Positions 1-9,175 of a stretch of 55,072 nucleotides of DNA are shown piece by piece. Made by a program: the position numbers and the translations under genes. Source of the stretch: a virus (lineage: Duplodnaviria > Caudoviricetes). The stretch covers positions 1-55,072 of IMG/VR virus record IMGVR_UViG_3300025410_000023. One strand, given 5' to 3'. Each line of letters begins with the position of its first letter. The stretch's first letter is position 1. The notes under the pieces are model-generated. The model was not told the DNA's origin and ran no database searches. It saw only the letters and a list, made by a program, of their open reading frames with translations.

Positions 1-943
1 TGCTGCCAGTTGATGTATAAGTAGGTGCGCTTGTTCCTGCCGATACCAAAATTTGTCCAGCAGTACCTGGACCTGCAAATGCTGTTGTATTGGCAGCTGA
101 TTGATATACTATTTGACCAGCAGTTCCGCCGTACAATGTTTGAGCATTTACAGAACTATTAACATAGATGTTACTTGTATTTACAAAACTTGTAACACCT
201 GGAGCTGTTTGATAAAGAAATTGACCAGTTAACCCGCCTACAATATTTGTAGCACTATTAGCAATTAATGTACCGATTGTGTCATTAGTAACAATTAATG
301 ATTCATTAATAGAAATGCCGCCATTGGCTGACCCTGTAATAACAGTAGATCCAATATAAATTGATCCAGTAGTTACATACAATGAGTGAAAAGGATTAGT
401 AAGCGATCCTAAGTTAATATTATTATTACTAGGTAATACATTTTTAGATACAGTTAATGTACTATTGACAAATAATCCAGATTGTACATTATAATAAGGA
501 GCATTTGCACCTGTGTCTGCTTCTAGTGATTCATAATCTCCGTTAGCAGTAGATCCTACCAAATACAAATTATCTGAATTAAGTGGAGTATTGACAAATA
601 CATTGTTAGCATTAACACCTGACCCAGAAGTTAAACTACTTAGACTTGTCCAAGAAATATTAGTACCATCAGTGGCTAACACATAACCAGCGCTACCAAT
701 TGGAAGAAAACTGGTAGTATTGTTGGCAGATTGGTACGGTAAACTACCTGCGGCGCCACCTACCAAATTAATTGCATTGGTAACGGTGCCAATAGTACTA
801 ACCATCTCAGTTCCACCATGAGTTGACCCGTTGTGAACTCTAATTACACCTCTGTCAATATCGATGCTAAGTTCGCCAACCGCACCTACAAAATTATTAT
901 TCTGTGCTGTGGTTCCTCTTCTAAACTGTACTTGTGTTGGCAT
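1..943 (-). CDS. Tail fibre-like protein with Mtd_N-like N-terminus (partial, runs off left edge)
   Basis: Not in ORF track. ATG at 943-941 with AGGA upstream. Reads MPTQVQFRRGTTAQNNNFVGAVGELSIDIDRGVIRVHNGSTHGG, a typical phage fibre attachment N-terminus, followed by NL.GG..G...YQ.A...T.F repeats. Confidence 0.8.
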   Translation of the reverse strand, partial: MPTQVQFRRGTTAQNNNFVGAVGELSIDIDRGVIRVHNGSTHGGTEMVSTIGTVTNAINLVGGAAGSLPYQSANNTTSFLPIGSAGYVLATDGTNISWTSLSSLTSGSGVNANNVFVNTPLNSDNLYLVGSTANGDYESLEADTGANAPYYNVQSGLFVNSTLTVSKNVLPSNNNINLGSLTNPFHSLYVTTGSIYIGSTVITGSANGGISINESLIVTNDTIGTLIANSATNIVGGLTGQFLYQTAPGVTSFVNTSNIYVNSSVNAQTLYGGTAGQIVYQSAANTTAFAGPGTAGQILVSAGTSAPTYTSTGS

Positions 944-967
944 TTTATAATCCTATATCATTTATTT

Positions 968-1492
968 TTATACTAGTAATCCTAAATCTGTTGTAATTAA
1001 AGCTCCAGAAGGTGCCATACAATCAAAATTAACTTCTAAAGATACTCCGAACGCATCTGTTAATATTCCATCAGTTGGATAATCTTCGCCTAAACCATAA
1101 TCACCGGTAGGGAAAGGTGGGTATCCTGATCCACCTGGTCCACCTGATGCAGGTGTTGACCAATTTAAATTAGCATTTCCGTCTGTGGTTAATACCTGTC
1201 CATATCCGCCATCAACATCTGGCAGTGTATATATGGTTGATCTTGTTAATGTGGCTATAGATTTGAAACCTACATAATTAGAATTATTAGCATCATACAG
1301 GCCGAGTTTCCCGTTATTGGTTGCATAAAGATTTGATGCATGAACCGAGCCACCTGCACCAATGCCACCGCTTACAATTAACGCACCCGTGTTGGTAGAA
1401 TATGCTTCTACATTAGATAAAAATGTTGCTGTTGTAGTAACCACTAACCCGTGCTTAACTACAAAGTCCTTACTGACTGCTGATATTGCCAT
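968..1492 (-). CDS. Short tail fibre-associated virion protein
   Basis: ORF track start is 1510, but ATG 1492 (MAISAVSKDFVVKHGLVV) follows GGAAG and parallels the N-terminus of the 1408-aa neighbour (MALTSLTQDFIVKAGLVV). Contains GALIVSGGIG and GQVLTTDGNANLNW fibre motifs. Confidence 0.7.
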   Translation of the reverse strand: MAISAVSKDFVVKHGLVVTTTATFLSNVEAYSTNTGALIVSGGIGAGGSVHASNLYATNNGKLGLYDANNSNYVGFKSIATLTRSTIYTLPDVDGGYGQVLTTDGNANLNWSTPASGGPGGSGYPPFPTGDYGLGEDYPTDGILTDAFGVSLEVNFDCMAPSGALITTDLGLLV

Positions 1493-1534
1493 TAGCTTCC
1501 CTTTCCACAAAACGGCTGCGAATTATATATTAAG

Positions 1535-1542
1535 TATTTATA
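1535..1542 (-). promoter_or_regulatory. T4-type late promoter TATAAATA
   Basis: Exact TATAAATA on the - strand, between a terminator and the next gene. Confidence 0.75.
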
Positions 1543-1566
1543 CGCTTTGTTGTAAAACGATTTTGT

Positions 1567-1596
1567 AAAAAGAAAACAGGGTCCAAAGACCCTGTT
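1567..1596 (-). terminator. Rho-independent terminator
   Basis: - strand AACAGGGTC-TTTG-GACCCTGTT followed by TTCTTTTT, just after the 1408-aa gene. Confidence 0.85.
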
Positions 1597-1615
1597 AATT
1601 TGTGTTAATTATTGA

Positions 1616-4600
1616 TTAACAATAACTTTCCTCACCAGTTAAAATACTTTGACGTACTACATTTACTTTCATACTACTAGATGCATTATTTGGTTTAAAT
1701 GTTATTACAACATTGCCGCTGTTAATAGATCCATCAAATGTACCAAGTTCGCCGTTATTTGTAATAACACCGTACTGGCTGATATAAACACTTATACCGT
1801 CTTGTATAACCATCATTTCTTCAGTGTGTATATTTCCGCTATCAACAATTTGTACAATATATTTGGCACTGGTATATACTGAGGCATCCCAGGTATCAAT
1901 TGTTTTAGCAGTTGATCCGCTAAATCCGTTATATGTACCACCGGATTGCATACTATTAGTAATGAATACACCGTCAATTGTTTTGTTAATAGGTTCTTGT
2001 CCAAGGACATCGCCAGCATCATTCATACCAGTATACAGTATTTTACCAACTGCTACATTTCCTAATGCCTTGATACCTCCAGCTGTTTTAATACTTGCAC
2101 TAACTGAGCCTAGATTAGCTCCATAGCTAGATAAACTGGCGTCTAATGTACTCGATACAATAAATTTATTAGCATAAATTGTACCAGTTGATATAACATC
2201 AACAAAAGTACCAGTGTTACTGCTAATTGTATCTAGTCCAACCCCTTGCATAAAGATTGTACCATTTACATTTAAGTCACCACCAATCGTAGCCGTTGTA
2301 CCTACATATAAATCTTTAGCAATGCCAACACCACCTAGTGTTTGTATAGAACCTGCTGATGCAGATCCTAATGTTGGTGATGTACTGTTTACAAGTAATG
2401 CGTTTGTTACTGTAGCCGCGCTTAATGTTGCGCCACCATTAGCACTTAAGAATCCTGTAATTGTTTCATTACCTGTGACCGCAAGATCTCCACCGATTGT
2501 AGCTGTTGTACCTACATATAAATCTTTCTTAATGTAAGCACCGCCTTTTGTACCAATAGATGCTAGATCGTTTACACCACCTAATGTTGGCTCAGTAGAA
2601 AATACAGTAATATTTTGATTAATAGAAACCCCGCCGTCAACTGCCAAAGATCCATTACCACTGTAATCGGCACCAGTTCCGCTGGCAATCCAAACATCTC
2701 CACCAAAATAAGCACCACCAGTTATGGATACATCAGCACTTGTATTACCTTGTGAACCGCTGACTCCTGCACCACCTGAAAGCTGTGTTCCAAAATGTAA
2801 AGCTAGACCAACATTTGCACCGCCATTTGGCACATCTAAGGCTGGGCCTGCGCCAACATCACCTGATCCATTAATAATTGTACCAACAGCAACATATAAA
2901 CCACCGTTGGCTACTCTTAGAGCCGCATCAGTTCCGGATGCATTTTGTGCACCAGTAACTTCTATGTTAGTAACCTCCATTAACCCTGTACTACCGTATC
3001 CTGATGTTGGGTTGTATGTAAAGGTTGTATCGTCAACTAATTGGTTTGATCCATTGATGTATGGAACAGTATAAGTATTGCCATAATTTAATACAACAGA
3101 ACCGCTAGCTCCTAGTGTTAATGTACCGTTGTATGTTGACATATCAACATTGTATACTCCGGTTAAACTACCACCTGTCATAGTAATATCGCCAGCAACA
3201 CCGCTAATGTTTAAACTTGTTCCAACTGTTAGTGTGCCAGCACCATTATAAGTTAAACCACTACTGTCACCTAGTGTTCCAGATCCGTCTGTGTTATATA
3301 CAACACCACCCAAAGTTACTAATGCTGTATCTTTGAAACTAGTAACTGATAAAGTAGTACCATCAAATGTTAAATTACTGCTGCCTACTAGATACGATCC
3401 GTTGTAGTATGAAACTTCGTTGGTGCTTAAGTTCGTTGGATCTACATAAGGTGCAGTAAATACAGCACTTGAATTAGATACTCCGCCTAGTGTTAAATTA
3501 CCGCTGTTATCTAATGTTAGGGTAGAATCGCCACCTTGAGTTGACAATATAGCACCAGTGCTATTAACAACAACTAGTGTGTTACCAGCATAATCTAACT
3601 GCGAATATCCACCAGTACTATTACTATATAGTTCAATTCCTAATCCAGGAGTTGCTACAATTTGAGTATCAGCATTGCCAGGAGCATTGGTGTTAACACC
3701 ATATAATTGTAAATTACCATTAAGTTGTAGGTAATAGTTGTCATAATGCCATTCAAAGTTACTATCAAAAGATGTAGAGCTTGTGGCAATTTGATAAGGA
3801 ACTTCGTACTGTGCTCCTCCTGATAGATTGGCAGCTTCACTAGAATTACCTACTGTTGTACCACTGGCACTTTGCCAAGTAGCAGTTGTAGCACCTGCAA
3901 CCCAGGTTAAAACCTGACTATCTGCTGTACCTGCAGGAATAAATGTTGTTGAACCGTCAGCATTTTGAATTGGAATCTGACCAATAGCACCACCACGTAA
4001 ATTTGTGGCTGTGGTTACATTGGCAGTCAAAATGTTAGTACCCGAGTTGTAAGTCATTCCTCCAACATTAGTCAAGTTACCTTGTGAATCAGAGAAAACA
4101 ATACCGCCAGGAATATTCAAATCAGTTGCTTGTAAATAAGTACTAGATACTTTACCGTTAACATATACGTTACCATCAATACCAACTCCACCACTTACAA
4201 TTAACGCACCGCTTTGATAATCAGTACTTACTGTAGTATCAACCAATAGCATACTGCCAGCTTTTAATGTGGCATAAGTTTCGCCTACAAACACGCCAGT
4301 AGATGTAGTTTCAGTACCGTTACTATAGAATTCAAAATACTTAGTATCGTCGGCTAGTACAAAAGCCGCATTTAAGTCCTGGCCGTTATAGTAGTGGAAA
4401 CGAATACCAATATCCTTACCGTCGTCTACAGTCCACTGACCATCAACACCAGTTGGCGGAACATGTAATTCAATTAAGTTATCTGTATAAACTGTGTTTG
4501 TGCTGGAAACATAAGTTGTAGCACCTTGGAACCACACATCATTCTTGAATACTGCCTCGCCACTAACACTTAATCCACCATCAATTCCAACACCACCGGC

Positions 4601-5842
4601 TACATAAATTGAGTTACTTGCATTTGTTCCTGTATTACTAGCTGTATCCATTACAACTAAATTTTGACCAATATAGGCACCACCGTTGCTTAATACCAGT
4701 GTACCATTTTTACCGGTACTAGCACGAGTATTTCCATCAATCCAAACATTTCGATTAACATACAAACCACCAGCCTGAATGCTAACTGCCGAGCTACTGG
4801 TTGATCCACTGCTGGTAGGAGTATTTGAGCCTGTGACAATGACATTACCAGCACCAGTTGGTTGTAGTTTGATATTGATATCAGAAGCACTACCGTGTGT
4901 ACCTAAAATTACACCAGTGCCGGCATTTGAACCAGTAACAGTCAAATAGTTACTACCGCCGCCGACTACAGCAAAACCAGTGGTATTACCTACACTAGCA
5001 CTCTGTCCCAAGTTAAATGTAATATTACCAGTACCGCCTGAACCTACTACTAATCCTACTCCAGCCTCGCCACCTGCACGAATAACACCGTTTCCGCCAG
5101 TAGCTCCACCAAATACATTAACATAGTTAGGACTATTAGCACCTAGTGTAGATGTTCCGCCAACCCATAAATCTTGTCCAATGCCTGTTCCACCTACTAC
5201 TTGCAAAGCACCAGTTTGTGTTGTAGTAGCATTTGTGGAATCATTAGCTAAAACTTTCTTTGTAAATATTGCACCACCTGCTACAGTCAATGCTGGTGCA
5301 GGATCTGTTATATCTCCTGTACCTTGAACCTGTAAATCAGCACCTGTATAAACTGTACCAGTAGTTTCGTCTATAGTAATTGCTACTTTAGTAGTTCCAC
5401 TACCATTTTGAGAAAAAACTCTCAATTGATTTGCGGCATCAACATCAATATTCCAGGTGCTGTTTGATTGACCTGTTAATCCACCAATTCCTGCATATCC
5501 TAGTACAAGTTGTCCACCTTCACTTTGTCCAGCGGCATTAATAGTAACATAATTGCTAGCAGAAATAAATCCTGTAGCTGTTGTATTACCAGTTAATGCT
5601 TCAATTGTAAAACTACCGTTGCCGACATTAACATCGCCGGCAACGTTTAAAATATTTTGTAGATTTGAAGGACCGTATATGGTAGCAGTTGACGCTAACA
5701 TTAGGTCTTTAGCAAACGCGGCTGCCCCGTTTACTTGTAAAATTCCAGTATTACCGGTAGATGTTGTAGCAGGGTTTGTGATTCCTTGAACTACTAGACC
5801 TGCCTTAACAATAAAATCTTGAGTGAGTGATGTTAGTGCCAT
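1616..5842 (-). CDS. Long tail fibre-like virion protein (1408 aa)
   Basis: G/T/S/N-rich, with many GAL.V.GG.GI...L.V repeats. C-terminal domain (IDTWDASVYTSAKYIVQI) is shared with the 266-aa neighbour. SD AAGGGA. Confidence 0.75.
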   Translation of the reverse strand: MALTSLTQDFIVKAGLVVQGITNPATTSTGNTGILQVNGAAAFAKDLMLASTATIYGPSNLQNILNVAGDVNVGNGSFTIEALTGNTTATGFISASNYVTINAAGQSEGGQLVLGYAGIGGLTGQSNSTWNIDVDAANQLRVFSQNGSGTTKVAITIDETTGTVYTGADLQVQGTGDITDPAPALTVAGGAIFTKKVLANDSTNATTTQTGALQVVGGTGIGQDLWVGGTSTLGANSPNYVNVFGGATGGNGVIRAGGEAGVGLVVGSGGTGNITFNLGQSASVGNTTGFAVVGGGSNYLTVTGSNAGTGVILGTHGSASDINIKLQPTGAGNVIVTGSNTPTSSGSTSSSAVSIQAGGLYVNRNVWIDGNTRASTGKNGTLVLSNGGAYIGQNLVVMDTASNTGTNASNSIYVAGGVGIDGGLSVSGEAVFKNDVWFQGATTYVSSTNTVYTDNLIELHVPPTGVDGQWTVDDGKDIGIRFHYYNGQDLNAAFVLADDTKYFEFYSNGTETTSTGVFVGETYATLKAGSMLLVDTTVSTDYQSGALIVSGGVGIDGNVYVNGKVSSTYLQATDLNIPGGIVFSDSQGNLTNVGGMTYNSGTNILTANVTTATNLRGGAIGQIPIQNADGSTTFIPAGTADSQVLTWVAGATTATWQSASGTTVGNSSEAANLSGGAQYEVPYQIATSSTSFDSNFEWHYDNYYLQLNGNLQLYGVNTNAPGNADTQIVATPGLGIELYSNSTGGYSQLDYAGNTLVVVNSTGAILSTQGGDSTLTLDNSGNLTLGGVSNSSAVFTAPYVDPTNLSTNEVSYYNGSYLVGSSNLTFDGTTLSVTSFKDTALVTLGGVVYNTDGSGTLGDSSGLTYNGAGTLTVGTSLNISGVAGDITMTGGSLTGVYNVDMSTYNGTLTLGASGSVVLNYGNTYTVPYINGSNQLVDDTTFTYNPTSGYGSTGLMEVTNIEVTGAQNASGTDAALRVANGGLYVAVGTIINGSGDVGAGPALDVPNGGANVGLALHFGTQLSGGAGVSGSQGNTSADVSITGGAYFGGDVWIASGTGADYSGNGSLAVDGGVSINQNITVFSTEPTLGGVNDLASIGTKGGAYIKKDLYVGTTATIGGDLAVTGNETITGFLSANGGATLSAATVTNALLVNSTSPTLGSASAGSIQTLGGVGIAKDLYVGTTATIGGDLNVNGTIFMQGVGLDTISSNTGTFVDVISTGTIYANKFIVSSTLDASLSSYGANLGSVSASIKTAGGIKALGNVAVGKILYTGMNDAGDVLGQEPINKTIDGVFITNSMQSGGTYNGFSGSTAKTIDTWDASVYTSAKYIVQIVDSGNIHTEEMMVIQDGISVYISQYGVITNNGELGTFDGSINSGNVVITFKPNNASSSMKVNVVRQSILTGEESYC
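2281..2527. repeat. Intragenic duplication, 210-nt period (KDLYVGTTATIGGDL x2)
   Basis: gttgtacctacatataaatcttt is identical at 2295-2317 and 2505-2527. Confidence 0.85.
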
Positions 5843-5856
5843 TTATATTTCCCTTG

Positions 5857-6657
5857 TTATACAACCATTCCGGTTCGTAGTACACTTATTAATTTTGTTG
5901 TTGCAGTAGACGGAGTGAAATACAATCTTACATTATTATCATTCTGTACATCTGCCGCAAAATTTCCTAATTCTCCATTAGTTGTTAATAATCCATACTC
6001 TGTAGCAAACACAGTTTGATTATTATCAACCAACAACAATAATTCTATAACTTGAAAATGTGCTGTAGGACCGGATCCAGAATCAATCTGTATCAAGTAT
6101 TTTGCGGCCCTATACTCAGCGATGCTGTAGGTGTCTATTATTATTGTCGCTGTGGTATTTACCGAAACTAGCGTAGAATCAAACACTGAGTCCGCAATTC
6201 TTAGGCTTTCTGCTGTGACTCTTCCACCAATTCCTACTCCGCCGTTTACAACCAAAGCTCCTGTGGTAGTTGAAGTAGAGTTAGTGAGGTTACTTATATA
6301 TACAGCATTCGTTGTTGAATTGCCTCTGTTAGTAACACTTTGTAATGTAGATGTATCGCTGATAACAGCATATCCAGTTGATGTATTAACGTTAATATCT
6401 GTTCCGGATTTGATTGTTGCTAGTACTGTAGAAGATGTTAATACAGAAATCCCGCCAACATAGATACTGTTACTATTAATGGCAACTGTAGTTGTTCCTG
6501 TACCTATAACAATAGTATTAGTTGCTGTTACAGTATTAAATGTTTGATTTCCACTATTGTATCTTAACCAAGCGTTTCCGCTCCATATATAGGTCATACT
6601 GCCTAATTTGTAAGTTTGACCTACTGAAGGATTTGATGGAAAATTTAATGAAGACAT
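5857..6657 (-). CDS. Tail fibre-associated virion protein (266 aa)
   Basis: N-terminal LNFPSNPSVGQTY...YIWSGNAW module, TTGALVVNGGVGIG repeat, and C-terminal IDTY...YRAAKYLIQI domain paralogous to the 1408-aa protein. Confidence 0.7.
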   Translation of the reverse strand: MSSLNFPSNPSVGQTYKLGSMTYIWSGNAWLRYNSGNQTFNTVTATNTIVIGTGTTTVAINSNSIYVGGISVLTSSTVLATIKSGTDINVNTSTGYAVISDTSTLQSVTNRGNSTTNAVYISNLTNSTSTTTGALVVNGGVGIGGRVTAESLRIADSVFDSTLVSVNTTATIIIDTYSIAEYRAAKYLIQIDSGSGPTAHFQVIELLLLVDNNQTVFATEYGLLTTNGELGNFAADVQNDNNVRLYFTPSTATTKLISVLRTGMVV

Positions 6658-6667
6658 ATTTTACTCT

Positions 6668-8767
6668 TTATGCTATTTGTGTTATTTGTAACCAGAACCT
6701 ATCGTTACCATCTTGTATATACTGCATTTCTGCGGCAATGGTAGGATCTATCCAAAAATCTCCTACTCTAGGATTTGCTGGAGGAATACCATTGGCAGAT
6801 ACTGTAACTCTAGGTGAATATACTAGATTTTGTTCAAATGTGTTTCCGTCATTGCTATAGATACTACCTGGAACATTTAACACATTTGTACCTGTGACAA
6901 AGTAAGTTCCAGTAGTTTGAGTCGTAGTAACATATGTCAATGCAAGGTCACTGTCCAACGGACTATAATCTCCAATACTTTCAGTGAGTCCTAAATAATA
7001 TGTAGTGTCTGGTAATACATCATTAATGAATATACTAACAGCATTAGTAGAAGTAGATGAAGAAATATTATTAAGATTAGTCCAGGTTGCTGTTGTTCCG
7101 TTGCTAACAAGAACAGTATTTGCTAAACCAATTGGAATAAATTTAGTTATTCCAGTTGCTTGTTGATAAGGAATTCCGCCTACATTACCTCCGGCCAAAT
7201 TAGTTGAAGTTGTAATAGTTCCTGTGATAATTGCTTTAACTCTCATACCAGAGTAAACATCAACTTCACCAGTAATCATCATTCCGCCAGTGATACCAAC
7301 ACCACCTAATACCGTTAACGCCCCTGATGGTTCTAAAGAATTAACTGAACCTCCACTAACATATGCACTAAATCCTGTACCATTTACTGGTTGTAATAAA
7401 TTTTGGTCGTAATATAAACTAAAAGAAGTTGCTGTATTATAACTTGCATAATAAATTTGATCATTTAGTTCAGTTGTACCGACTATCCCTGTAATAACAA
7501 TTTCTGTACCTGTGCCAATTTCAAATACATCGCTTGTATATATAACTACAGGATTAGTTCGATTGACATTAATAACATTTGTTAGATAATAAGTAGCGGT
7601 AACTGCTGTCTCTAATCCAATACCTACATCACTGTTTAATTGAGTATATCCGTCACCATTATAATAATATGCACTGCCGATACTAATTTGATTATCTAAC
7701 CCGTCAACAAGTTGATCGCCACCAATAGCAATATTAGCATTACCGGATATCATATTATTGGCCACTTCGTGTCCAATTAATAAATTATAAGATCCTGTTG
7801 TAAGATTAACAGCGAGGTGATCACCTAAGAAAAAGTTTTGACGACCATTGATTAAACTTGATCCTGCACCATTACCAACTGCTATATTTGAATCATACAC
7901 TGCACTAACAGAAATTTCTCCACCACTAGCATAGGGAGTAAAACTAGATCCGTCTAGTGGAACGTTGGTGTTTATATCGTGATATAATCCAAGATTATTG
8001 CCTGTTAATGGTTTAACATAATAAACATTGTTGTTTAATTCTGTTGTCCCAACAATACCTGTTATTGTTACCTGTGTTCCAGTTATTAGATTATTTCCTG
8101 GAGCAACTACTGCGGTAGAAGTACTTAATATAACTCCAGTGATTGTGGCTGCTAGAAAACTATGATAAAAACCAATTTGACTTAATGCGCTATCGCCAAT
8201 AGCAATTGAATTTGATAAATCTGTACCAGAACTCAATGCATAGCGGCCAATAGCTATGTTTTTATAAGAAGTTTCAATTCCGGTTAATGCATCGTAACCA
8301 ATGACAATACTTTCTTGTCCATTATGTGTTTCATTAATTTGTGGAGAAGCAGTACCTTGAATAACAATGTTATTAAGTCCTTGCCATCCTTGTCCAATCG
8401 TCAACCCATTAACGTGAATATCTTCGCCTGTCCATAAACTGTTAGCAATTCCAACTCCGCCGTTGACAACTAATACTCCAGTATTTGTACTGGTATTTGC
8501 AATATTTCCTGATACAATAACTGTTCCTGTACCTGTACCAATGATTTGAATATTTTGATCTGACAAATTGCTGAACATTGTACCGTGATCAAATTGTATG
8601 TTACCTAAACTTGATCTATAAGTTGTTTGTAACAAAGAATCCGTAACAACGGTATATCCAGTACTGGTTGTATCAGTAGGAGGCAACTGAGGTTGTGCAC
8701 CTTTTAAATTAATATAGGTGTTACTTCCTCCTGATCTTAGTGTTGATCCACTTAGTAATTTTGGCAT
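6668..8767 (-). CDS. Fibre/adhesin-like virion protein (699 aa)
   Basis: NIAIG..AL repeats (YadA-head-like), two ITGIVGTTELN..YY modules, C-terminal PPANPRVGDFWID. Confidence 0.65.
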   Translation of the reverse strand: MPKLLSGSTLRSGGSNTYINLKGAQPQLPPTDTTSTGYTVVTDSLLQTTYRSSLGNIQFDHGTMFSNLSDQNIQIIGTGTGTVIVSGNIANTSTNTGVLVVNGGVGIANSLWTGEDIHVNGLTIGQGWQGLNNIVIQGTASPQINETHNGQESIVIGYDALTGIETSYKNIAIGRYALSSGTDLSNSIAIGDSALSQIGFYHSFLAATITGVILSTSTAVVAPGNNLITGTQVTITGIVGTTELNNNVYYVKPLTGNNLGLYHDINTNVPLDGSSFTPYASGGEISVSAVYDSNIAVGNGAGSSLINGRQNFFLGDHLAVNLTTGSYNLLIGHEVANNMISGNANIAIGGDQLVDGLDNQISIGSAYYYNGDGYTQLNSDVGIGLETAVTATYYLTNVINVNRTNPVVIYTSDVFEIGTGTEIVITGIVGTTELNDQIYYASYNTATSFSLYYDQNLLQPVNGTGFSAYVSGGSVNSLEPSGALTVLGGVGITGGMMITGEVDVYSGMRVKAIITGTITTSTNLAGGNVGGIPYQQATGITKFIPIGLANTVLVSNGTTATWTNLNNISSSTSTNAVSIFINDVLPDTTYYLGLTESIGDYSPLDSDLALTYVTTTQTTGTYFVTGTNVLNVPGSIYSNDGNTFEQNLVYSPRVTVSANGIPPANPRVGDFWIDPTIAAEMQYIQDGNDRFWLQITQIA

Positions 8768-8779
8768 TCTGTTTCTCTA

Positions 8780-9163
8780 TTATGAGTTAGCTGTCTCTAG
8801 TACACTTAGTACTAGTTGTAGTGTTCCTTCACGATCTGCAAAGGCACGTATACTATCTAAACTTTCAACAATCATTTTACCTGACAATGGAGTTCCTGCA
8901 TCATTGTTAGGAATTCCAAAATCTTTGACCAAATAACTATCTGTATTAGGCGCTTGGTACCCATTACCTTGAGCATCTGCTAGTACAGGTCTATTTCTAT
9001 GATGTATGAAACTAACATTTTGTGTTTGTGTTCCGATATTAGATACTTGCGCCATTAGTATAATAGCAGTAACACCAATAGGTGCTGTATATACAGTAGC
9101 GGTTGTAGATGTAGACAGTATAGATGTCTTAGTTTTAAACGTGTTTAATGGAAGCTGAGCCAT
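8780..9163 (-). CDS. Small hypothetical virion protein (127 aa)
   Basis: SD AAGGA, in the same operon, beta-rich composition. Confidence 0.6.
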   Translation of the reverse strand: MAQLPLNTFKTKTSILSTSTTATVYTAPIGVTAIILMAQVSNIGTQTQNVSFIHHRNRPVLADAQGNGYQAPNTDSYLVKDFGIPNNDAGTPLSGKMIVESLDSIRAFADREGTLQLVLSVLETANS

Positions 9164-9175
9164 ATTCTTTCCTTA

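Noticed and set aside
1-943. Diversity-generating retroelement suggested by the Mtd_N-like fibre start
   Set aside because: No reverse transcriptase or TR/VR pair in the window; this N-terminal domain is a generic fibre anchor.
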